A program made the position numbers and the translations under genes. 64,000 nucleotides of DNA. Origin: a virus. A model generated the notes under the pieces. It saw nothing but the letters and a program-made list of their open reading frames with translations. It had not been told where the DNA came from and searched no databases. The number at the start of each line of letters is the position of its first letter. Within the stretch, counting starts at the first letter, position 1. The stretch is from positions 9,223-73,222 of IMG/VR virus record IMGVR_UViG_3300037423_000480. One strand, given 5' to 3'. Positions 43,614-52,293 of this stretch are shown here, one piece after another.

Positions 43614-43948
43614 ACGCGCTGCGTCCCCGGACGATCACCATCAAGCGCAACGCCCCGCAGACCGGCGTCGGCGCGGTCGGCTACGGCGGCGTGACCGCAG
43701 CCGACGAGAAAGTGATCCTCGAAGACATCGAGGCATCGATCCAGAACACGCGGATCGGGCGCGACAACAAGGTTGGTCTGCCAATGGACCGGCAGCAATC
43801 CACCTGGAAGATTTTCTATCAGGCCGACCCGACGCTGGTGCGCGATAACGACCTGATCTACGACGACCTTGGGCGCCGGTTTCGAATCATCGCCGCCTAC
43901 CCGCACGCGCTGGGCTACACCAGCACCTGCGAACAGCTTGAGGTATAG
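43610..43948 (+). CDS. Head closure / head-tail adaptor protein
   Basis: 'VRDNDLIYDDLGRRFRI' and position. Confidence 0.65.
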   Translation: MNALRPRTITIKRNAPQTGVGAVGYGGVTAADEKVILEDIEASIQNTRIGRDNKVGLPMDRQQSTWKIFYQADPTLVRDNDLIYDDLGRRFRIIAAYPHALGYTSTCEQLEV

Positions 43949-43950
43949 AT

Positions 43951-44859
43951 ATGTACGGCGACGCACTCCTCTGCACACACGACGGCACTGGTGGATCCGG
44001 TGCGCTGACCTGCGTCCGCATTCCCGGATTCCCGCTGCCGAGCGACATCCCGGGGCTATCCGGCGCGATACAGGTTGCCTACCAGGCCACCGAGTACAGC
44101 GACAGCACCAGGGTGACGCCGGTTCAGTACGAGCGGGGGATCGGCACGTTTGACTTCGCAACCAAGGTCCTCACCCGCACCTCCGTGCGCGAGACCTGGG
44201 TCGCAACCGGCGCCGTGATCAACGTTGCCAACCCGAGCGCACTCACCTTCGGCAATACCGCCGCTAATATTGAGATAGCCTTCGGGGCCTCGGCGGTTTC
44301 ACAGTCGCCCGCGCTGCCGGGCGTCCCCAACTACGGGGGCGACGCGTACGCGCCGGCTAACTCGCTGATGGCGCTTGACACCAACGCTGGCAGCACGACC
44401 CTGACCGCTGGCCGCCGAAACTATCTGCCGTGCAAGTACACGTACGGCAAGCCGATCAGCACCATTGGCGTGATCGCCGGGTCGGTCGCGACGACGGGTA
44501 ACGTGCGCATCAGCGCCTACGAATGGCGCGCGGATGGCGTACCAGGCGCGCTGATTACGGAATTTACCAGCGCGACGCAAATCGGCATCAACACGGCTAC
44601 CGGCATGAAGTCGATCACGCTGGGGACGCCGTTCTGGTTGCCGCCCGGCTGGTACTACTTCATGGTCCAGGCGGACGCCGCAGTTCAACTGATTTCAGCG
44701 ATCCCTTACGCGAACTGCGGCGCGGGCATCATCAACACCCGCGACGTGATGTCAGCGTACAAGGACGCGACCTACGGCGCGGCACCAACGACCGCTGACA
44801 CCGGGCTCAATGGCGTTACCCGCAGTTCCGGCAACCAAATTGCGATATTCGTGAAATGA
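43951..44859 (+). CDS. Fibre-like structural protein
   Basis: 'YERGIGTFD...LTR' N-terminal motif of fibre proteins; Gly/Thr-rich beta C-terminus; followed by a chaperone-like gene. Confidence 0.55.
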   Translation: MYGDALLCTHDGTGGSGALTCVRIPGFPLPSDIPGLSGAIQVAYQATEYSDSTRVTPVQYERGIGTFDFATKVLTRTSVRETWVATGAVINVANPSALTFGNTAANIEIAFGASAVSQSPALPGVPNYGGDAYAPANSLMALDTNAGSTTLTAGRRNYLPCKYTYGKPISTIGVIAGSVATTGNVRISAYEWRADGVPGALITEFTSATQIGINTATGMKSITLGTPFWLPPGWYYFMVQADAAVQLISAIPYANCGAGIINTRDVMSAYKDATYGAAPTTADTGLNGVTRSSGNQIAIFVK

Positions 44860-45398
44860 CCTACGACGACGCCCACCAGATTACTTTCCCGCCCGGGACG
44901 TACCATGGCCTCGGGGAAGCGCTAGCCGCTACGGGGCTTGCGCTGGAAAATAACAACGGCCGATGGTACGCCAGCGACCCGCAAGCGGTCCTCGCGTTCA
45001 TCGCTGGTTTCGACCCGCTGCCGGGTCAGCGCAAGGCGCTGTGGGCCAGCGTGGCAGATGACCAAATCCGCCGGCAGCAGCTCGGGGTCCCGTACACGTT
45101 CCCTGATGGCCAGGCGGGGACCATCCAGACCCGCAACGAGCAGGACCTCTTGAACATCAACGGCCTCGCAACCCGCGCGCTCATGGCACAAGCGGCAGGC
45201 GTGACCGAACCGGTGTTCGGGTTCCGCGACGAAGAAAACCGCTCGCACTCAATGACGCCGGCTCAGGTTCTTGACCTGGCCGTCGCGGCGTCCAACTTCG
45301 TCGAGGCGCTCTATACCGCGAAGTGGGCGCACGACAGCGCCATTGCGACGTGGGACGGTTCGAGCCAGTACGACCTGGGGGCCTACTGGCCGGAATGA
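44856..45398 (+). CDS. Fibre assembly chaperone-like protein (DUF4376-like)
   Basis: 'IQTRNEQDLLNING...FRDEEN....T.AQV..L'. Confidence 0.65.
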   Translation: MTYDDAHQITFPPGTYHGLGEALAATGLALENNNGRWYASDPQAVLAFIAGFDPLPGQRKALWASVADDQIRRQQLGVPYTFPDGQAGTIQTRNEQDLLNINGLATRALMAQAAGVTEPVFGFRDEENRSHSMTPAQVLDLAVAASNFVEALYTAKWAHDSAIATWDGSSQYDLGAYWPE

Positions 45399-45429
45399 CC
45401 AGCCCCCGACAACTCACGAAAGGATCACG

Positions 45430-45798
45430 ATGAAAAAGCACTTTGCCGCGCTGCTGTTACTGACCGCTGTGTCGTCCCTCGCCCTCGCATTCGACTTCGG
45501 GGTGCCTGTCTCGCGCTCGCTGGACGTGTCTACCGCCTACCAGGCGAACGACCCGACCAAGGCCGCCGTGATCAGCTTCTCGCTGCAATGCTCGCTGCCC
45601 GAGTGCACGCTCGAGGCGCGCGTCGGCATGGGTGCGCTGGACTGCACGAGCGGCACCGTCGTGGGCGAATGGGTCCGCGGCTGGCCCGTCAAGACCCCCG
45701 CGAGCCTGCATGTGCCGATCGGCGCGTCGTTCATCCTGTGCCCGTTGGCCGGCGAGTACGTCGTCCCGATCGCGGCTGCTGATCAGAGCGCTGGGTAA
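45430..45798 (+). CDS. Secreted/periplasmic protein (122 aa) within late operon
   Basis: Sec signal 'MKKHFAALLLLTAVSSLALA', four Cys; AAGGA RBS. Confidence 0.65.
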   Translation: MKKHFAALLLLTAVSSLALAFDFGVPVSRSLDVSTAYQANDPTKAAVISFSLQCSLPECTLEARVGMGALDCTSGTVVGEWVRGWPVKTPASLHVPIGASFILCPLAGEYVVPIAAADQSAG

Positions 45799-46560
45799 AT
45801 GCCGCTCGGCCTCGGACGCCCGCTAGGACTCGGCCCGCTCGGCCTGCGGCGGTCTTCTGGGACGGTGAGCGGGAATACCGTGACCAGCGACACGGCGATG
45901 TGCGCTGCCTGGTCCAGTGCGCGGGCGGTCGATGTCACAACCGGTACCCATTGGTCGGCCGCAGTTTCCCTGGACTCGGCCACCGCTGCAGATTGGCGCT
46001 CACAACTCTCCCTCGACGTGTTCAAAGCGGCGAGCTGGCTCAGGGCCGCGAGCGTAGACGCGCTCGTGCCGGTTGCCGCGATGAGCAGCATTGGTGCGGA
46101 CGGTGTAGCCGTAATCGATCAGGTACCCGGGGTTGCGCGTGATTGCGCAATTCCAGCGGACTGGAGCGGCGCTCTGATGGTGACGGCCCAGGCGGTGCTA
46201 CCGCTGGAATTCGGCGCCGGCCTGGCCGCCACCGCGGTGCACCGTCTCGCATGGCTGGCGACGCTCGTCGGCGACCGGCGCATCCCGGTCGCATTCAATG
46301 CCCTCCTGATTGACGACCAGCAGGGCGCGCTCGACTGGCTGCGCAGCATGTTTGGCGACGCGGTGGCGCCAGGTGAAACGCTGCTCGTGCTTCAGACCGA
46401 TGGGCGTGCACCAGCGGAGTTCGCCGGAAACTCGACATTCGTTCCGGGTAATCCGCTGATTTTCAGTATCGACGCCAGAGGATATGTCTGGCTGGTCGAT
46501 GCACGCAGCACCACCTGGCGTACCGATGAACGCAAGACGGTGTGGACTCCAACGAGATAG
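45799..46560 (+). CDS. Hypothetical virion protein
   Basis: N-terminal PLG repeats; abuts neighbouring genes. Confidence 0.55.
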   Translation: MPLGLGRPLGLGPLGLRRSSGTVSGNTVTSDTAMCAAWSSARAVDVTTGTHWSAAVSLDSATAADWRSQLSLDVFKAASWLRAASVDALVPVAAMSSIGADGVAVIDQVPGVARDCAIPADWSGALMVTAQAVLPLEFGAGLAATAVHRLAWLATLVGDRRIPVAFNALLIDDQQGALDWLRSMFGDAVAPGETLLVLQTDGRAPAEFAGNSTFVPGNPLIFSIDARGYVWLVDARSTTWRTDERKTVWTPTR

Positions 46561-46568
46561 GAAAACTC

Positions 46569-47600
46569 ATGTCAGTTACGCAAGCAGACATCGCCTACTA
46601 CGGCTCGGCCAACATGCCTGACGCCGATGGCGCCACCACTGGCGGCGCGGTCGACTTTAGCAAGCGCATCCTGTTTAGCGACATCGCGCCCGCCGGCGCC
46701 CTGTCCTACTACTCGTCCGCGGCAGGCGACACCGCGGTGACGGTTGCGATCACTGGCCGCGATTCGACCGGCGTAATCCAGACCGAAACCAAGACGGTGA
46801 GCGGCACCGCAGGGGTGGCTGGCTCGCAGACGTTCGAGCGTTTGCTGAAAGGCGTCGTAAGCGGCACGGCCGCAACCGGCGACATCGGCGCGCTATCGAC
46901 TACCGCGGTGGCCAGCGGCACGGCACAGGGCGCGGCGGCAGCGACGGCAAGCGCGCCGGCGTCGATGACGCTGCAGGCCGGCCAGGGTGCGAGCGTCGCA
47001 CTCGGCCAGATCGTGCGCGCCACGAACAACAGCCCGGCGGGCGTGCAGTACCAGATGCGCCAGATCATCGCCATCAGCGGCGACACGGTCTACCTGAACC
47101 GGGACTGGGGCACCGTGCCGACCAACGCGACCACCTACACGGTCAACGAGGGCATGCTGTTCGAGATCCTGCCGAACCGGATCACCCAGGTACGCCGGCC
47201 GTTCTACAACGCCTCGGCCGACGTGGCGGGCGGCGCGAACCGCAACTACTACGAGAAGGTTTTCGCGGTCAACAACAACGCGAGCACTGCGCTGACCACA
47301 GCATCGATCATCAAGCAGGTCGACCCGTCCGGCGCCACGGCGCTGAACATCGCCCTGTGCTCCGCATTGAACGACACCGGCTCGGTCGCGAACCGCCAGA
47401 CCGCGCCATCGAGCGGCATCACTGCCTTCACCAGCGGCGCCGCGCCGCAGTCGATCGGCGTGCCGGGTGCGAACCTGCCGCCCGGCGCCGCGCCGAACGC
47501 AGCCGGCGCCCAAGGCGTGTGGCTGAACCTGACCCTCAACGCAGGCGTAGCGGCCGCCAAAACCTCGCTGACGCTGCGTACCACCGGGACGACCACGTAA
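46569..47600 (+). CDS. Hypothetical virion protein (343 aa)
   Basis: 'DIAYYGSANM.D...GG', 'YYEKVFAVN'; Ala/Thr-rich. Confidence 0.62.
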   Translation: MSVTQADIAYYGSANMPDADGATTGGAVDFSKRILFSDIAPAGALSYYSSAAGDTAVTVAITGRDSTGVIQTETKTVSGTAGVAGSQTFERLLKGVVSGTAATGDIGALSTTAVASGTAQGAAAATASAPASMTLQAGQGASVALGQIVRATNNSPAGVQYQMRQIIAISGDTVYLNRDWGTVPTNATTYTVNEGMLFEILPNRITQVRRPFYNASADVAGGANRNYYEKVFAVNNNASTALTTASIIKQVDPSGATALNIALCSALNDTGSVANRQTAPSSGITAFTSGAAPQSIGVPGANLPPGAAPNAAGAQGVWLNLTLNAGVAAAKTSLTLRTTGTTT

Positions 47601-47971
47601 TGGGCCAGATTCTCGAGAAGCGCACGTTCGACGCGCGCCGTTACGACATCGTGTGCACCGGCTTGCTGGCGGCAGGCGAAACGATCGCTTCGATTGTCAG
47701 TATCGGGGCCGACCAGGGTGGTCTGACGTTCGCCGGCGCCGTGGTCAACTCCCAGCAACTTGCCTACGACAACGACGTTACGGTCGATGTCGGCAAAGCG
47801 ATCCAGGTCGAGATATCGGGCGGCACTATCCCACCGGACGCCGACAGCAGGATTCTCGGCGTGCCGAACCTGCTGTGCACTGTGCGCGCGCGCTTTACGA
47901 CCAGCCTGTCGCCAAATCAGATCGAGGCGACGGTGCTCCTGCTGCTGTGCGACGATCCACATGAACGCTGA
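47600..47971 (+). CDS. Putative fibre-tail adaptor protein
   Basis: 'EKRTFDARRYDI...L..GETI.S' pattern; TAATG coupling. Confidence 0.55.
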   Translation: MGQILEKRTFDARRYDIVCTGLLAAGETIASIVSIGADQGGLTFAGAVVNSQQLAYDNDVTVDVGKAIQVEISGGTIPPDADSRILGVPNLLCTVRARFTTSLSPNQIEATVLLLLCDDPHER

Positions 47972-47986
47972 CAAGGCGCGAACAAG

Positions 47987-48844
47987 ATGGCCGACCTCTC
48001 CGACGTAGAAAACGCGCTGGTGACGCTAATTGCCGACGCCCTTTACCCGGCCGGCGCCAAGCAAGCTTCCACCGCAGGCGTACCCGTGATCGTCTACGCC
48101 GGTTGGCCGACGGCCCCGAGCCTCGACGCCGACCTGGCCAGCGGCAAGGTCCATGTAAGCGTGTTCCCAGCAGCGACAGAGCGCAACACCAGCCGCTATT
48201 CGCGCGACTGGGAACAGCAGTCGGTGTCCATGGCGACGCTGACGCTGGACGTGCTGGGCCAGATGGTGACGGTCGGCGGCGCGATGCCAGTGCCGTTCAC
48301 GCCGCACGTGCTGAGCCTGACGGTCAACGGCGTGCCGCACCCGTATCAGGTGCAGCCGACCGACACGCTCGCCTCGATCGCGCAAGCACTGGCGGACCTG
48401 GTCGGCGCCAGCGTGACCGGGATCGGCGTCGCAGGCGCGGTGATCACGATGCCGCCCGGTGCGCGTATCGATGGCGCGCGGGTCGGGGTCACCGGTACCG
48501 TGGCACGCGAACTGCGGCGCCAGCAGCGCGAGTTCCGGATCACGGTGTGGGCCGACACGCCGGCGCGCCGCATAGCAGTGAGCCGCGTGGTCGACGTGGC
48601 GCTGGCCGAGGTCGACCGGATCCTGCTGCCGGATGGCCAAAATGCGCGGCTTCGCTACCACTCCTCGCTGGAGAACGATAGCCAGCAGAAGACCAGGCTC
48701 TACCGACGCGATTTCATCTACAGCGTCGAATACGCGACCACACAGACCGACGCGGCGACGCAGGTCACGCAGGCGCAGCTGAACGCGTCCGGCCGGCTTG
48801 ATGGCGCGACGCAGGACGGACCGATCACCACGACCTATTTCTGA
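47987..48844 (+). CDS. Tail completion/terminator protein
   Basis: 'IVYAGWP...LD.DL', 'YRRDFIYSVEYAT'; precedes sheath. Confidence 0.65.
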   Translation: MADLSDVENALVTLIADALYPAGAKQASTAGVPVIVYAGWPTAPSLDADLASGKVHVSVFPAATERNTSRYSRDWEQQSVSMATLTLDVLGQMVTVGGAMPVPFTPHVLSLTVNGVPHPYQVQPTDTLASIAQALADLVGASVTGIGVAGAVITMPPGARIDGARVGVTGTVARELRRQQREFRITVWADTPARRIAVSRVVDVALAEVDRILLPDGQNARLRYHSSLENDSQQKTRLYRRDFIYSVEYATTQTDAATQVTQAQLNASGRLDGATQDGPITTTYF

Positions 48845-48856
48845 GAAAGGCAGACC

Positions 48857-49021
48857 ATGAAGCAAGCACTGATCGTCACCGAGCCGTTCGGCCAGTACCA
48901 GCGCGGCGACCAGATCACCGACCCGAAGGTGATCCGCGCCGTGCTGGCGTCCGAGAACTCGGCCAGCGTCAACCGCACGCAGCTCCCGGACGCGCCGGCA
49001 GAACCGGCTCCGCAGCAGTAA
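48857..49021 (+). CDS. Small protein (54 aa) before sheath gene
   Basis: AAAGG RBS; MKQALIVTEPFGQYQRGDQITDP... Confidence 0.6.
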   Translation: MKQALIVTEPFGQYQRGDQITDPKVIRAVLASENSASVNRTQLPDAPAEPAPQQ

Positions 49022-49054
49022 ATCCCATCCACCCTCCCCTTTCAGGAGCCAGCA

Positions 49055-50578
49055 ATGCCCATCAGCCAGCAAGGGCAGCTCAACGCGAGCGCCCTCATCG
49101 TCCCGGACCTGTACGTCCAGATCGTGCCGCCGTCGACCGCATTCCTCAACGGCCAGGCCACCAACATCCTCGGTGTCGTCGGCACCGCCCAGTGGGGCCC
49201 GGTCAACTCGCCCACGCCGGTCGGCAGCATGGCCGAATTTGCACAGAAGTTCGGCGCCATCCAGGTGCGCAAGTACGACATGGGCACGCAGGTGGCCGCC
49301 GCTGTGCTGCAGGGCGCGAACAACCTGCGCTGCGTGCGCGTGACCGACGGCACCGACGTTGCTGCAACGGGCACGCTGACCGCCGCTTCCGCTGGGGATG
49401 CGACTGCGATTGCAGCCGCCATCAATGCCGGCCAATCCGGTCTGCGCGGCCCGTCGCAGGTCGTCGTCGCAACCGCCGCAACCACCACCGTCACGATCAC
49501 GGCGAAATACACCGGCTCCCTGGGCAACTCGATCGTTGCCGCCATCGGCGCCGGCAGCAAGGCGACCAGCACAAAGGTAACGATCCAGCTGCCCGGTCAG
49601 GTGCCGGAGGTGTTCGATAACCTCGGCGCGGCTTCGGCCAGCACCGCCAGCGCGACCATGACCGGCGGCACCGACGGCGCGACCACGATCACCGGCGCCG
49701 TGCTGATCGGCCAGGACACCGTCCCGCGCAAGGGCATGTACGCGCTGCGCAACACCGGCGCCGCGATCGCGTTCCTCGCGGACGTGGACGACACCACGAC
49801 CTTCGCCGCGCAGGTCGCCTACGGCTTGGCCGAGGGCACCTACATGATCGGGGTGACGCCGGCTGGTGACACGATCAGCGGCGCGGTGACGACGAAGAAC
49901 ACGGCCGGCATCGACTCGTATGCGTTCAAGTACCTGCTGGGCGACTGGATCTACTGGAACGATACCGTCAACAACCAGGTGCGACTGATCTCGCCGCAGG
50001 GCTTCGTCGCCGGTCGGCTGGCGAACCTGTCGCCGGAGCAGTCGAGCCTGAACAAGCCGCTGTACGGCATCGTCGGGACGCAGAAGAGCTACCAGAATCA
50101 GGCCTACTCGAACGCCGAGCTGAGCACCCTGGTGGCTGCCGGCATCGACGTGATCACCAACCCGATCCCGGCGGGCGCGATGTTTGGCGTGCGCTTCGGC
50201 CACAACAGCAGCTCGAACCCGGTGATCAACGGCGACAACTACACGCGCATGACCAACTACATCGCGTCGACCCTGAACGCCGGCCTGGGCATCTTCGTCG
50301 GCAAGCTGCAGACGCCGACGCTGCGCCAGGATGCCGCCGCGACCCTGTCGTCGTTCCTCGATGGCCTCGCGCGCCAAGGCATGATCGGCAACGCCAGCGG
50401 CACCCAGCCGTATAGCGTGCAGCTCGACGGCAGCAACAACCCGCAGCAGCGCGTGGCGCTCGGTTACATGCAGGCCGACGTCAAGGTGCAGTACCTGTCG
50501 GTGGTCGAGAAGTTCATCGTGAACATGGAGGGTGGCCAGTCCGTCACCATCAGCCGCCAGTCGGTCGCGCTGGCTTAA
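49055..50578 (+). CDS. Tail sheath protein
   Basis: 'PDLYVQI', 'GTAQWGPVNSP', C-terminal 'ADVKVQYLSVVEKF'. Confidence 0.9.
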   Translation: MPISQQGQLNASALIVPDLYVQIVPPSTAFLNGQATNILGVVGTAQWGPVNSPTPVGSMAEFAQKFGAIQVRKYDMGTQVAAAVLQGANNLRCVRVTDGTDVAATGTLTAASAGDATAIAAAINAGQSGLRGPSQVVVATAATTTVTITAKYTGSLGNSIVAAIGAGSKATSTKVTIQLPGQVPEVFDNLGAASASTASATMTGGTDGATTITGAVLIGQDTVPRKGMYALRNTGAAIAFLADVDDTTTFAAQVAYGLAEGTYMIGVTPAGDTISGAVTTKNTAGIDSYAFKYLLGDWIYWNDTVNNQVRLISPQGFVAGRLANLSPEQSSLNKPLYGIVGTQKSYQNQAYSNAELSTLVAAGIDVITNPIPAGAMFGVRFGHNSSSNPVINGDNYTRMTNYIASTLNAGLGIFVGKLQTPTLRQDAAATLSSFLDGLARQGMIGNASGTQPYSVQLDGSNNPQQRVALGYMQADVKVQYLSVVEKFIVNMEGGQSVTISRQSVALA

Positions 50579-50600
50579 CCCGCTTTAGAAGGAGAACAAC

Positions 50601-51032
50601 ATGCCATTGAACGGCTATTCGGTCGGTCGCGACCACTCGCTGTGCATCGTCGGTCCCAACGGCCCGATCGCCTTCAACCAGATCACCAGTTTCCAGAGCA
50701 AACCGGACACCACCGACAAGAAGATCAAGGGGCTCGACGGCATCACCCGTCACCTACGCTTCCCGGATGGCTGGTCCGGCAGCTTCGACATCGAGCGCCA
50801 GGACAGCACGCTGGACGACTACTGGGCGCAGGTCGAGGCCAACTACTACGCCGGCGTCAACGAGCGGCCGATCTCGATCACCGAGACCATTCAGGAGGTC
50901 AGCGGCGCGATCACGCAGTACCGCTACCTCGACGTGCTGCTCACGCCCGACGACACCGGCAGCTGGAAGGGTGACGACTCGGTCAAACAGAAGCTCAAGT
51001 TCGTTGCCTCCCGCCGGATCAAGGTGTCGTAA
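50601..51032 (+). CDS. Tail tube protein
   Basis: 143 aa directly after sheath; 'GWSGSFDIER'. Confidence 0.82.
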   Translation: MPLNGYSVGRDHSLCIVGPNGPIAFNQITSFQSKPDTTDKKIKGLDGITRHLRFPDGWSGSFDIERQDSTLDDYWAQVEANYYAGVNERPISITETIQEVSGAITQYRYLDVLLTPDDTGSWKGDDSVKQKLKFVASRRIKVS

Positions 51033-51403
51033 TGGACGACGTCAAACTCACCCTCAGGCCAAGCCAGGACGTCGTCCAGAAGGCTATCGCGGAGTTCACA
51101 GTCACCGACTCGGCCGGGCGCGTCATCAAGCTGAAGAAGCCCGGTGTGCTCGCGCAGTTCCGGCTGGTCGAGGTGCTGGGCGAATCGGCCAAGAACCAGG
51201 TCTACATGGGCATGGTACTGCCGCTGATCTACGTCACCGCGGTCGACGACCTGCCGGTGTTCCAGCCGGCCAGCAAGCTGCAAGTCGAGGCACTGATCCA
51301 GCAACTCGACGAGCACGGCGTCGAGGCGGTAATGCAGGGCGTGCAGGAGCACTTCGGCACGACCGATCCGGAGGCGGACAAGGCCGCGCTAAAAAAGTCG
51401 TAA
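51032..51403 (+). CDS. Tail assembly chaperone
   Basis: After tube gene; ends at slippery site A AAA AAG. Confidence 0.8.
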   Translation: MDDVKLTLRPSQDVVQKAIAEFTVTDSAGRVIKLKKPGVLAQFRLVEVLGESAKNQVYMGMVLPLIYVTAVDDLPVFQPASKLQVEALIQQLDEHGVEAVMQGVQEHFGTTDPEADKAALKKS

Positions 51404-51570
51404 CGTCCGCGCCGATCCGGGAATGCCTGTTCCTGGTGAAGCACGGCGTGCCGTTCGATGTGGCGTTCGGGCTTGACGACGTGACCCGTGCTGGCTGGTC
51501 GATCATCTTCTCCGAGCAGGGCGGCGCCAAGTTCGATTTCAACACGATGCAGTTCGAGGACGACAAATGA
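51391..51570 (+). other. Programmed -1 frameshift site and chaperone extension
   Basis: A-AAA-AAG in phase at 51391-51397; -1 frame stays open to 51570 (VVTSAPIRECLFLVKHGVPFDVAF...). Confidence 0.8.
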
Positions 51571-52043
51571 AGGAATTCACCAGCATTGCCGGGTTCATCA
51601 CGCACCTGGCCGCGATGGATGCCGCGGTCGCGCTCGAACTGCATCGGGGCCTGAAGAAGTGCGCGACCGCGATCGAGGCAACGGCCAAATCCGAGTTCGG
51701 TGTCTACCAGGGCGAGGTCGGCGCTTTCGCGGCATGGGCGCCGCTGGCCCAGAGCACGCAGGACGAACGCGAGCGCCTCGGCTACACGCCGGACGATCCG
51801 CTGCTGCGATCAGGTAAGGAGCGTGACGCGATCAGCCACGAGGTCAGCGGGACGGAAGCCGTGATCGGCTCGGACAGCGACGTGATGGTCTATCAGGAAC
51901 TGGGAACGCCGACGATTCCGCCGCGCGCGGTACTGGGCCCGGCCGCGATCCGCAACAAGCCGCTGATCGAGAAGACGCTGGGCGCCGCGGTGGCGAAGGG
52001 GCTGCTGTACGGGTCGGGCGTGACGCTAACTGCCTTGGAATAG
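51567..52043 (+). CDS. HK97 gp10-like virion morphogenesis protein
   Basis: 'LLRSG..RD.I', 'YQELGT..IPPR..LGPA'. Confidence 0.7.
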   Translation: MKEFTSIAGFITHLAAMDAAVALELHRGLKKCATAIEATAKSEFGVYQGEVGAFAAWAPLAQSTQDERERLGYTPDDPLLRSGKERDAISHEVSGTEAVIGSDSDVMVYQELGTPTIPPRAVLGPAAIRNKPLIEKTLGAAVAKGLLYGSGVTLTALE

Positions 52044-52274
52044 GACGGCGTAGACGAGGAAGCAAACCACAGTGAGTCCGGCGAGGCCAACCGCCAGCAA
52101 GCCAAGCGACATCAGAAGCAAATCGATTCTCTTGCCGAGCGGCATCGCGTGCCTGAAGCGGATGCCAGTGCGTGACGCCGTGCGCGTGTTCTCGTCCGCG
52201 GGGCGGATGTTCGGGTACTGGATGAACGACACCCGGTCAGCCAGCCTTTCCTGAAGCCTGTGCAGCAGTTTCAT
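52026..52274 (-). CDS. Counter-oriented small membrane protein (82 aa)
   Basis: GGGGG RBS; C-terminal TM; fills the gap before the tape measure gene. Confidence 0.6.
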   Translation of the reverse strand: MKLLHRLQERLADRVSFIQYPNIRPADENTRTASRTGIRFRHAMPLGKRIDLLLMSLGLLAVGLAGLTVVCFLVYAVLFQGS

Positions 52275-52293
52275 CTTTCCCCCAAGGATTGCC

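Noticed and set aside
48026-50377. 783-aa minus-strand ORF and similar long shadow ORFs (1103..2329, 24072..25568, 32777..33961, 33858..35117, 38247..39443)
   Set aside because: They overlap well-supported genes, have Arg/Ala/Gly-rich off-frame composition and lack motifs; expected in high-GC DNA.
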